This document shows, in pieces, positions 37,317 to 49,803 of a stretch of DNA of 64,000 nt (the stretch's first letter is position 1; each line of letters begins with the position of its first letter). The notes under the pieces are model-generated. The model was not told the origin of the DNA. It saw nothing but the letters and a program-made list of their open reading frames with translations, and ran no database searches. Position numbers and translations under genes: made by a program. The stretch is taken from positions 101,246,001 to 101,310,000 of the forward strand of contig NC_079165.1 in assembly GCF_947568905.1 (NCBI RefSeq). Reading direction: 5' to 3'. This DNA is from Ostrea edulis (Eukaryota).

Positions 37317-39679
37317 AGACAGATTCCTGCGATCACGAGTTACTGTCATCACATTCTGATGTCTCCTAAAGGGTGGACCCGGTTGCCGGTCTCAGTACAA
37401 AGACAGAACACATTGGTGGCAACAACCTACACAATATATGCTTAGAATTTAATATAAAATATAAGTATTGGTGTAATTTAATTGTTCTCTTGTAGATTTA
37501 TTTACTAATAACAACACAGCATACAAATCTTGAAATGTAGGGATTCTGTCACATTTTGGCACAAACGTTAATAATCCATGTATAAAAAAGTTAACAAACA
37601 AACTGGGACTGCTCGCTACACTCTTAAAAACTATTTAACGTTTCTCATCGTGGGTAGTAACCGTACTGCGCATGCATCACACAAAACTTTCCAATAGACA
37701 TTTTTCGACATCTTGTATTTTGTGGTCCTGAAAAAAAAAAATGACATCATATTAGATTGACCTGATCGATAGAAAGACTTTAGAATTGCAGCAAGTCAAA
37801 TCTAGCACCCACATCTGTCTCGAGCTGTAGAATTATATATTTAAACCAAAATTGACTAAATAAAGGGCAATGTGCAAATATCTGTCTGCATTATTCCATC
37901 CATCTATATTTTTTCTGAGGATCAAAACAACATTATCACTACTCCTTATCAAACAAAAAGAAGGGAAAAAACCTACTTCTTGGACAACAGATGTTATATT
38001 CAGCATTGCAACTGTGATTCCCTTTACAATTTCCCATATAACATTTCATAGGGGCGTTATTCCCAGCTTTCTGAGGTGGTCCGTATAAACAGGCTGCGGA
38101 TGGAATAACCTTCCTGCCGACTCTAAACTCTGAAAGTAGAGCAGTACGTTTTAAGATTTGATTGGTAAATCTCCGGATTTTGACAGAAATCCGCATAACA
38201 AACTGTGGTTACGTAGAACGTGTAATTGCAAGACGAAACAACTTTAATTATATAATGTATGTAATACATAAATACTTATTGGACAACAAAAGTAATCTTT
38301 TAAATTTTTGTGTAAATTACGTCATCCATCTTATTTTTAGCCTAGGGTACCAGTATGCTATTGCCAGTGCGGAATTCCTAAAGTACCCAACTACATGTAT
38401 AAAGCCTTGAAAATGTGTAATGTTCATGCAAACAATAAAACGGAACTAGAGGAGAAAAGAAAAATTTGTATTACATTGAAATGATCATTTTACATTGTCG
38501 CCCCAATAAATGACAATTCACACAACGTTTGTTATATTTACATGGAAGGAGCAAATCGAGTTTCAGTTCTTGTATTACATAAAATTCATTTTCGCAAATA
38601 ACTTGATGACAGATGTATAGTAGTTCCAGCTAAGGGCAGACCACTCTAAGAACAGAAAAGTGCGAATTTTTCTGTGAAAATAGTTTTTGTCTCCATGCTC
38701 TCCTATCTATAAATTTGACAAGAGAAGTGTTCCCATTTCATTGTCTTAGAATTTAGTACATATCAGTAATGTTAGCTCTAAATCTGGAAATCTTATTTTG
38801 TTGTAAAAGTGTACTAGTATGATCGTATTGTATGTAAATTTAACCATAGTCATTGATGAAATTAAAACTAAGTTTAATATTTTATCAAAATAAAGATTTC
38901 GATTCTTTTGAATATATCGCATTATATAGAAATCAATTTTTGTATGGGAAGATAATATAATTTTGCTTCATTCATAGCCTTGAGGTAGGTTTTTCTAACA
39001 CATTTGATATTGATAACAAAAGTTTATAAATCTTTTTTTTTTTTCTGTCAGTGAAATAGTAAATCACAATTTTGCAACAAAAATTTTCAACACCAAAATG
39101 ACAGCTATTATTGTTTTAAATAAGTTTTTAAAGAAAAAGTACTCTTAAGTTCTGAACGAAATCCAAAACTTTACATTCATTAATAATAATAACCGATGTC
39201 GTGTACAATGTATATCATCAGTCCTTATTTGAATGTTGTCAACCATATGCTTATGTCAAAAAGTGAATATAGAGTACAATATTTATATTTAACTAGTCTA
39301 TGATACATATGTATATATAAAATCTTTCTTGGGTATTTATTTACCCCCTGCTTTATAATGTTTTCGTATTTCGGTTGGAGTATCATCGAGGTTTAATCTC
39401 CAGCAAGTGTCAAATGAATTATATCATACATCAGATTAAGTCTGGTTAACAAAATATTCGGAAAAAGAAAACAAATCGTTGCGGATATCTACGACCGATT
39501 TTGTCCCTATATACTAATCAACGACGAACCCAAAATTACCATTTCAATAGTTCGTACGTGTCTAGGAATTGGTGATTTGTGAAATGAAAATTACCGAGGA
39601 AACCATTCTCCTAAAGAGACGAAATAAGACTAAATACGCACACAATCCTACACATGCATTCAGGTACATGACACGGATT

Positions 39680-42600
39680 CTAATTGTTTAAGATCTCCAA
39701 GTTTTGCCATGCATATCGATCATATTCAACACTTTCTAAGCGAATTTGTCCACGATCCATGATGATGATGTTCCGTGAGTATCCGATGAAATACTTTGAG
39801 CTGTATGTGATGTGCCTCACATTTAGACCTACAGCATGGACTATGGACATTGCAGTGACGGTTTATTTCCATGTCAATACCTACCAAGACCTGGGACCTC
39901 TTTCTAGAGACATATGACTTTTATTTTTCAGTGCCGAGTATTTCAGTAGTGACGGACTTTAACTAGGTTCTCAAGTTTGTTGCAACCGGAACTCTTTGAA
40001 AAGAACTTTTTAAAAATTCTAGTATAACGATGCCATGACCATCGTTTAAGATCATACTATTTCTAAACTTACGTCCGTGACGAGATCTCGCCACTAGGAA
40101 TATATTGGCCCTATGTCCACAAGAATCCGCTACAAATCCTCCGACTTCATTGACAGCCTCATTGTAATCAATTTGCCTGAGTTCTTGGTAAACAAAGTTC
40201 TTATTTTCTGCTTCGATAAATGGAATCTAGAAAAAATGGGATATGTTTGTTAGGATACAAGTATATTCTTACGTCGACAAACGTCTCTCTTTACTTATTG
40301 ATGTTTACATTTTTAAGGTAACTTACGTCGGAAACCCTTGTTTTGTTCACAATATTTTCATATGATTGCATGATGTCAGCTTGTATTTTTCCAACATAGC
40401 ACGTGTCATGATTACTGCCTTGAGATACCAATCCAAATGTGCTCTGTAAGGAAGTCTCTTTTAATTTATTTTTTTTAAACTTCGATGAAATAATCGCGCA
40501 ATAGTATTTCGAAATAAAATGGAAGGAAGCATTACGGTCAAGATATTGCACTTACCCATTCGTGATCCATCGTTAGGTAATCGGAAATACTTTCGACTTT
40601 TTCGGCGTTGTATCTTGTGATGGTGTGAACTAGTTTTCCCGCCAACTGGTGCTCTTCTTCTGTTGTCGATCCATCCGAGTAGTATACACCGAATGTCAGC
40701 TATCAAACCATGAAAGGTATTACGTTATTTATATCAAATAAATAGTTACATGACATCTACCGTAGAAAGAAATTTGGTCACCACAAGATATCATTATGGA
40801 CTCTCTTAAAATGCATGTGCTTTACCTCGGACTGACCCGATCGAATGTTTTCCAAAAACATTTACTGGTGATATAATTACTTACATAAGCCGGTGCTGGA
40901 ATTTTTTTGGCTCTCCGACGCTTGAAGGGTCCCTGATTTGGTGCAAATCTTTTAGCGTTATTTGGTGGTTTTTGGGGAAACCTCTGCTGCTTATTCTGTT
41001 GCTGGAATCCCTGTTGTTGAATAGGTGGTCTTCGCTGAATTTGATTGAACCTGTTTTTTCTCTGTTGTTGCCGCTGCCGCAACGGTGGTGGTTGTTGATT
41101 CTTGATTGAGTTTTGTGTATTTTGCTGTACGTTTGATTGTTGTTGTTTTTCGAACGAATTCTGCCGCTGTTGATTCATTAGCACTGTTTGTTGTTGGCTT
41201 GTTTGTTGCTGTTGTTGATTTGAGAAAGAATTTTGCTGCTGTTGATGTTGCCGATTTCCGAAGGAGTTTTGCTGCTGCTCGCCCATTTTTCCATTTTGCG
41301 GCTGGTTTTGCTGTTGTGGTCGTTGAAAAATTGGACCATTTTGCTGATGGTTTAATTGTTTCTGACCGAAATTCTCATTTTGTTGTAGATTTGGCTGTCG
41401 TTGATTTTGAAAAGAATTATCAAATTTTCCATTTTGTTGATTCGAAGGCAAAGATTGGTTTTGTTTTAGACCGATTTGTTTAATTGTTTGTTGTTGAATT
41501 GGGGGTGAATTTTTGTATTGATTGCTGATTTTTCCGATTTGCTGTTGATTAGAGTTTTGTTGATTCGGAAACGAATTTTGTCGTTGTTGACTAAAGTTCT
41601 CATTTTGATTTTGACTTGTTTGTTGCAGTTGTTGATTTGAGAATGTTTTCTTCTGAATACCAAATAACTCACTTTGTTGTTGGTTTGATTGTTGGTGTTG
41701 AAGTGGAGACGGAATTTCGTTCTGTTGATTCATTTTCCCGCTGAGTATTTGGAGCGGTTTTTGTTGTTGATTTTGGAAAGAATTCTGTTGATGGTTTCCT
41801 TGGCTAGAGAACGAATTTTGCTGTTGTTGATTGGTTTCCTTTTGGAAATCGGGGTAATATTGTTGTGACGATTGAAAACCTTGTTTTAACTGAGGCTGTT
41901 TGAATGGAACGTGTTGTTGAGGTTGTTGCTGAATTTCATTTTGTCTGTTGATATGTTGATAATCTAAGACATTCGTGTTTTGACGTTGTTGAGTGTTTTG
42001 ATATCGTAGTTCTTGGTTGTTTCCTTGCTGCAAAATAGGCGATGGTGTTGTGGTACCGTAGATATTCTGGATTTTATTCAAAGAGCCAACCATTGACCAC
42101 CCGTTTGGTGTCTCCGTAGCAAACGAATCTTGTCTTGAAAATTCATTACGATAAGTTGTTGGTACTACAGTCTGTGTCTGTGAAGGCGTAGAAGCAGAGG
42201 GCCATGGTGCCACTTTTGGGATTTCCTGGTGATTATAGGTAATGTCACTCGGGTTTCGTTGTGGTTTTGAATATCCTTGTTGTTGAGAAACCTGTCTGGG
42301 ATACGGTGATGTTTGTTCCTGATTGTATAAGAAATTGGGAGAAATTGTTATGTCCAATGAAGAAACCTTGTTAACTTGTAGACCATGGAAGGGTGTATCT
42401 CTAGGTTTGGAATGTGTCATCGATGCCTTTTTATCAGGAACAGGTGTTTTAAAATCATTCCATCCTGAGGGATTCTGTCCGATTTCCATAGTGCCTTGTG
42501 AAAATGTGTGCGTGTTTGTTTGGGAATCTAGTTGGGGTCTTCTTCTTGAACTTGATGATGTAAACATACTAGTAGATGGAGATGGGTTTGGATAGAATGG

Positions 42601-45164
42601 TGGAGATACGGTTGTAGTGTATGTAAAAACACCATTTCTTCCAGATTTTTCGTTAAATCTTTGATCTTGTACGTTCCTAGGTTTTCCCAACGCTGACCTT
42701 TGGTTGATTTCATTCCGGTTCTGCTGCTGTGGACTGTCTTGAAATTTCGAATAGACAACACTTGATTGAGATGATCCCTGTTGAGAGGGTGACTGTTTGT
42801 CAACTTGCATCCTTTGCCACGAAGATCGTTGTCTGTTGTTCCACTTTGTATTTTGGGTACCGTCCTGTGAGTTAGAGTATACGACGCTTGGTTGAGATGA
42901 CCACTGTTGGGGTGATTGGGGTGTATCACCAATACCTACTTTGCGTGAATGGCTGTTTATCACTTCTTTACGAACGTTTTTATTTGATCCGGTCAGTGAC
43001 TTTGATTTACCAAGCTTATTGGATCCTTGAAAATTTATAACCAATCTCTCGGGTTTCCGTTGGTTTTCAAATGGCGTTCGATCAGTTGCGCTAGCGGAAA
43101 ACGGATCCTGCCACGTTTGTTGTCTGTTTATAGGAGATGCACCCAGTGGTTTGACGAGAGCATTCTGTGGATACGGTCCATCAATGTGAACAGTCTCTTG
43201 AAAATTGAAATTGTCATAATAATAATTATTTGGTGCAGTGGGTTGAACATTATTTTGATCATATAGAGTATTTGGAGATGGCGTTACCCCCATGTGTTTA
43301 TTCGGTATATTTTCCCAGGGAAACTGTCTTTCAGGAACAGGTCTTTTCCACGAATTTGGGGAATGAGTTGTCGGTTGGACCATTGAACCTTTTTTTCGGT
43401 AGATAGGAACATTTAAGGAATCTTTAGGACGAGATAATTGATTTTCAGTCGGCATCAAAGAAAATTTCTTTTTAGTTTGACGAATATTGAAAGGGAGAAT
43501 TGGTGTGCGCGACTTCAGTACTTTCTGATTGAATAACCTTGGGGAACTAAAGGAAAATATTGAAGTAGACATCTCCTTTTCTTTGGTTTTTGTGTCTGCA
43601 ATGGCAACACCTTTTCTGGGAATGGACATGCGTGACATGGGAAAGTTATTTTGGTTCTGCTTTAAATGTTTCTTTGATCGGTCTTTTCCTTGATGATTTC
43701 TTCGTGCAAAACTCGAAGTATGACTTTGAGGTAGTGAAATTACACTGCTTTTCCTTCTCTTGCTCGAATTTGCTTTATGATTTAAATTACTATTACCGTG
43801 GTGCAATGATGATGGATGCTGCTGTTTCTTTGTTACCGGGATTTGTTTTAGCTCTGACAAACCATTACTTACTTTGGCTACTGGCGATATAGGGTGTGTT
43901 CCCATGTGTGACACGAGTTTATTTTTATCTTTATTATCTTTTATTTTCTGTTGATGTAATGTCGTGAACTTTGGTTTGTGGTGTGGAACCTGTTTTGATT
44001 TATGAGAATTGCTACTGGTTGTTACGGTGGGTTTTTTCTCTGCCTTCACAGGTTTCTCCGCAGGGTTTCCGTGTTTATTAACGTGATCAACAACAACTTT
44101 TTGTATTTTGTGTTTGAGATTCAGTGACTTTTTAGTGATATTCGACTTGCTTTCTGTTTGATATTCTGTCTCGCCATATTGAGAGTTTCGGTCTGTGTTG
44201 TTGTTCTTTTCCTCGTTGTGATTCGTAAAATTGGTTTTAATGTTGCTCAATGCCTGAACCTCATTTCTTGTCATTGTCAGGTTTGTTGCAACATTCGTTG
44301 ACGGCAGAGGAATTGATTTTGATTCTCCTGACACTGACTTCTCCATTGTTTTGTTGATTTTAGTATTGTTTACAACAAGATGTACGGATATTCCTTTATG
44401 ACCCGGACCCGTTGCTTCTGTGTCGTTTTTTGTAATTGTGGAATTACTGGTTGGAGACTGTACATTTGATATGATTATTTTCTGTAAACGCTGACTCACA
44501 GATTGAGGAATCCCTTCTGGATAATGCTGCAGTAATCTTTGTAATTGTATATCCAAGTTATTCACGTGACCACACATAACTATTTCACTCACAGTATAAA
44601 ATGTCTACAATAAACAATAAGAATTTCATCAATTCATTGCCTATTTATTCCCTTTCAAATAGAATAAACAAATGTTTGCTTGGTATAAAGCCAATATTTC
44701 TTATAAGATTATCAATCTTCCAAGATTATCATGAAATTACAATCTTACTATTAAGTGCGAGATGAGTGCCTAGACTTCTTTCTAACTCAAAGAAGGGGGA
44801 ATGGGCGCAATGTTTAAATGAGATTTTACGACAAAGCAGCCGAATGTGACTCGACGTTTTTAACGTAACGTCATTAAAGACTCCCCCGAATTTCACAACA
44901 TACCATTTTCAAACTGCTTGGGTGACTTTGAATGTTATCATAAAGTTAACAAAATTTCTAGCCATAGATTAAAGTCTCTAGTTTATAACTATGTATATTT
45001 TTGCAGTTGTTTCATCACAAGAAAATTCTTCTTTCTTTTTCTAAAGTCTTCGAACTTTTGGACCAACCTTCTAATGTATGGTACAATGACTGCTTCTTAG
45101 AAAAAGAAAATCTTACCATAAGAAATGCTGGTATACATGTAAGTCCATACATACTGACATGCAT
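39680..45164 (-). CDS. ~1400-aa low-complexity (Gln/Asn/Pro/Ser/Thr/Lys-rich), putatively secreted protein with a globular C-terminal domain; exons 45117-45164 (tentative), 40885-44604, 40556-40699, 40073-40226, 39680-39828
   Basis: A 3720-nt open exon has a phase-0 acceptor (TTGTAG|ACA) and donor (TAT|GTAAGT). Three further phase-consistent exons read LTFGVYYSDG...DHEW|IPFIEAE...RHG|RLNVRH...LNN*. The upstream mini-exon MHVSMYGLTCIPAFLM with donor ATG|GTAAG supplies a plausible signal peptide. Confidence 0.75.
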
Positions 45165-45747
45165 TTTACCTGAAGATCACGAGAATATAATTGGTCTGTT
45201 TCCAAACCATATTGGTCAGGATTTGAGATTGTGTGATCTTAGTGTACAAACACTTAATTTACATTTGACATGACACCAGGCGCTCCTAAGCGAAACTGAC
45301 CGTTACAGATCAATCACGAAGTGATAGTTCTGTCAGGACCGGGCGACAGAAGCCTGACATTCTTAACTTTGTTAATGATTACGAATTGACAGCAAAGGAG
45401 ACCAGTGTCCATATTGTATATATAACAAGCCGGGATTTGAAAAGCCACAGGTTGTTCTAGATTTACATGTATATTACATATGATTATTGAGTATCATTTC
45501 ACCTACATATATGCATTATTCATTGTGGTCATTACGTTGCCTGTCCTCTTCCTTATATTTACAGTCAATCCGTTTTCATATTAGCATTCTTGCCATAACT
45601 GGAACACTGAAGGATAATATCTCATAAACTTTCAACTTCTGAAATAGGCTAATCATGCTTATGAATATACTTGACATAAGGTTTATTATCAAAATGTAAT
45701 TGAAATGTAACTAGAAGAAATGTCTTTCAGTTCCCGACTTCACAACG

Positions 45748-46187
45748 CTCCTTTAGTATACCGGTGTGAAGGCTAATAATCTCCTTTAATATGCCGGTGT
45801 GAAGGCTGATGATCTCCTTTAATATGCCGGTGTGAAGGCTAATAATATCCTTTAATATACCGGTGTGAAGGCTAATAATCTCCTTTAATATACCGGTGTG
45901 AAGGCTAATATGCTACTTTAATATGCCGGTGTGAAGGCTAATAATCTCCTTTAATATACCGGTGTGAAGGCTAATAATCTCCTTTAATATACCGGTGTGA
46001 AGGCTAATAAACTCCTTTAATATACCGGTGTGAAGGCTAATAATCTCCTTTAATATGCCGGTGTGAAGGCTAATAATCTCCTTTAATATACCGGTGTGAA
46101 GGCTAATAATATCCTTTAATATACCGGTGTGAAGGCTAATAATCTCCTTTAATATACCGGTGTGAAGGCTAATAATCTCCTTTAATA
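45748..46187. repeat. 33-bp minisatellite, left part (13 units)
   Basis: Unit CCGGTGTGAAGGCTAATAATCTCCTTTAATATA repeats from 45761 to 46157. Confidence 0.97.
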
Positions 46188-46330
46188 AGATAAGATATTC
46201 TTTATTTCCTCCGACTTAACGGAGAGTTTATGGAAATTACATGTATCAAACATAGAACATATTTACATAGTGGAGAATATAAGTAACATATCTATAATAT
46301 ATATAACCATATATTTAGATAACAAATCAT

Positions 46331-49300
46331 CTAGAACTTTCGGCAATCTACAATAAAGCAACTTCTTATTCTGTATATATTATCGTTGCAACACACAGCA
46401 TTATTTCTTTCCATTTACAAAAGGATATGTCATTGAAATTAGTTTCATCAATACAACCCAGTAACGATAGATATTGTTTTTCTGTATCCTGATTTTCAAA
46501 AAGAACATATTCATGGACATCAATAATATCTAATATCATTTCTAAAAGACATTGTCTATCATCTAATGTGTAGAAGCATTAGAGGAGAATGTGCAAGTTG
46601 TAGTTATCCGAATATTTGTCACAGAATGAGCACAATTTAGAAACGATTTTCATAGATGAAAGCTGTATGAGAAAATTAAATAGCAACCGTTTCGACGGAT
46701 CTTCTTTCACCAGGTACCAGAGTTTGTTTGGACATAGTCTTGTGTGGATTTTTCCAAATGTAGACAGAGATGGATCAGCAGATAATGCACCTCTCCATTG
46801 TCTTTTCTCTGCTGTCCGTATAGTTTTCACAACGATTTTTAAAAATTCTTTTTTGTTGAAGACAGTTGCGGAATTCATAGTGTCAGAGAGTTGATATTTT
46901 TCTGCTGTTTTTAATAAAGTCTTAGTTGGTGAAAACGTTGATGATACAGGAGTGTCAGTAATAAATCGAAATATTTGGGGGAAAATAGAGGAATGGTCCG
47001 CTCTCAAGAGTCTGCCAAGAAAGAGCAGTTGGCATTTATCTATTTAGCCTTGTATAGTCAAAAGTCCAAGGTTCGATATACTTGCAAGTGAAGGTGAGAA
47101 TTTCGAAAAACCTTGCACGATCCTAGAGAAGTGTTTTTGGATATATTCAAGCTTTTGAATTTCAGTATTTGATAAAGTCGGCCAGAGTTCACAAGAATAG
47201 AAGGCAGAAGGCAAAACGATCCTTTTCCATATTTTAGCAGGTACAGCTGGGTGTAATCCAGTTTTGTTGACTCCGATTGAATATAACGAATGTATTTTAC
47301 ATCTCGCAGTTTTACATACACGTTCTGTTAATTTATAATTTTTCATATTTCCTTGTAAAAGGCATCCAGCGTATTCAATTGAGTCACTCTGAGGAATATC
47401 ATTACCAAAAAGAGTAATACAGTAAGAGTAATACAGTAATCTTTTTTTTTTTTTTTTGGTGATTTATCGAATGTAACAAAAACACTTTTAGATGGATTGT
47501 AATGTAGCCTCCATTTGTAAGCATATTCTTCGACAATATTTAACATATTTTGTAAGACCTTTGGTGAATAACTAGTAAGTGTAGTATCATCAGCTAATAA
47601 AATACCCGGGATATGTACATCTCCAAGTCTTAGTCCATAATCATATTTATACAGTTCATGCAAGAGATCATTTATATATACAAGAAACATAAAAGCACTC
47701 AGCACTCTCCCTTGTCCTACACATTGAGATATTTTAAACAGGCTTGAATTAAGACCTCCAAAAGATACAAAAACATTTGCTATCATTATACCAGTATTTT
47801 AAAATTTGTCAAAATCTACTGTCAATATTCAGATAATACAATTTAATCAGAAGGCCATTATGCCATATTCGGTCGAAAGCCTTTTCATTGTCTAGATATA
47901 CACAGAAAACCGGTGAACCTCTTGAGATATAATAATTTAAGGCTTCTTTCAAAACAAAGCAAGCTGGAATCGCTCCATATTCGCATCTAAAACCAAACTG
48001 TAAATCGTGTGGAAAAGTCACATTATTATGTGTTAAACTTTGTTCAACTCTTGACAAAAGTATTTTTTCAAACAATTTGCTAATTACAGAAGTAAGTGTG
48101 ATACCTCTATAGTTTGTAGGATTACATTTATCCTTGTTTTTACCTTTGTATATCGATATAATTTTACCTACTCTAAACATTTCAGGTACATATTTACACT
48201 CCAATATATTATTCAAGAGTATGCATAAATGTTCATTCAATCTGTTTCCTCCGTGTATAAGATGTTCGTTTGTTAAGAAGTCAGGTCCAGGAGCCTTGCC
48301 TTTAGAGAGGTGTTTCACTTGGTCCATAATATCATTTCGAGTTATATGATCTTCTTTTGGATAAGGTTTATTTTGAAGGTTGATATCCTCTTCTATGCGC
48401 TCAATAACATTATCAATGTTTTGCTTGAAATCGTCGTCAAATTTATCTGGTACATATTTTTCCTCAGCAAGGTCAGAGTAATAGTCTCTCCATAAGTTAC
48501 ATATGCTTTTGACATTGTCTGCTGTATTACCGTTGTAAGTTAATTTTTGTGGAATTGCTGTTGAAATACGTTTTGTGTTTCTCCATGCTGTTTTATAGAA
48601 TGTTCCTATGTCAATTTCTGCAGCTTTGTCTATTTCATCAAATATTGAAAGATTCCAGTCTTTTCTTGCTTGTCTGTGTTGTTGTCTAAAAATCTTTTCT
48701 TCTTTTTTTTTTTTTGGTTTTGTAATTTACATAAGATGTGCTGTCTTTATTTCTGGGAGATCCTTCTGATTTCCATATTCGTCGCGCACACCTCATTTCA
48801 TAATGAACAATTTGTAGGTTTGATCTTTTCCAGTAGGGTTTGAGATGGGGTCTAAATCTTCCATATGGTATATGTTGGTCTGCGGCAGATAGAAGTGAGG
48901 CAGTAATGTGAATAAGGTGTTGGTCAATATCATCTATGGAAGGATTAGTTACGTTGGATTTATTCAAAGGATGTTGGGTTGTTTCTGTAAAGTTCTTAAG
49001 GTTTTTGGGATCAGCAGATGACCATTTAGGAATATTTCTTGACATATCAGGTGGCAGAAGTTGAAAAATATTTGAGGTATTTATTTCACAAAGTAGAGGT
49101 GAATGGTCTGATATTTCATATTTGAAGTCGTTAAAGATTTCCTTGTACTTTACTTCACACTCTAGCCATTCAGGAACTAAAATGTAATCTATGATAGATT
49201 TGGAAGTTTTGTCTTTTGTTTGAAATGTGTATTGATTTTCCATCTTGAATATACTACACAAGTCTCTGTCATGCATTAGTTCTGTAAGAAGCTTTGACTT

Positions 49301-49801
49301 TGAGCTTGTGGTTTTGTTTATAAAGTCAGTGTTGAAGTCACCGCAAATAAGTACAGGTCCAATTTCACACAGTTCATCAAATAAATCGAAGACTTTTGAT
49401 AATACATTTTTGTATTCTTCGAAATGTACATTTGTAGATGGCAGAATGCATCCAATTATAAACAGTTCATTTGCACCATAAGCGAGCTTAATACTCATAA
49501 TTCTTTCACTACATAATCTTACACCCTGAATATTGAATTCAGTGGATTTGCGAATTAAAAAGGCGATTCCTCCTCTTGTAATGTTGTTTTTAGAAATACC
49601 AGGAGTAGCAATACTGTATATGGAGTTTGGGAAAGATGTATTTAGAATTAATAGGTTGTCCTTACAAAGCCAATGCTCAGAAATAAAGACTATGTCTGAA
49701 AAAGACGCTACTTCTGTTAACTCGGGTAAACAGCTAAATACACCGTGTACATTCCAACAAGATAATATCATGAAAGTTATTATTTGAAAAAATGGATTCA
49801 T
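46331..49801 (-). pseudogene. LINE ORF2: AP endonuclease plus reverse transcriptase, disrupted
   Basis: APE motifs SCWNVHG, DIVFISEHW, ICGDFN, SIIDYIL, SDHSPL. RT motifs KAPGPD, NYRGITLTS, QFGFR, DNEKAFDRIWH, VGQGRVLS, LLADD. C-terminal CSFC...HILL. Split into five ORF pieces by stops and frameshifts. Confidence 0.92.
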
Positions 49802-49803
49802 AG

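Noticed and set aside
36050-39190. Possible further DNA transposons at ~36050-36850 and ~38620-39150
   Set aside because: They look repeat-like, but I could not identify matching TIRs or TSDs.
40822-40884. C-terminus VSNYITSKCFWKTFDRVSPR* from the ORF track
   Set aside because: A consensus phase-0 donor at 40884 and three in-phase downstream exons make this stretch more likely intronic, though a short isoform is possible.
41106-41672. ORFs 41106-41483 (+) and 41466-41672 (-)
   Set aside because: Antisense or alternative-frame shadows of the Gln-rich exon.
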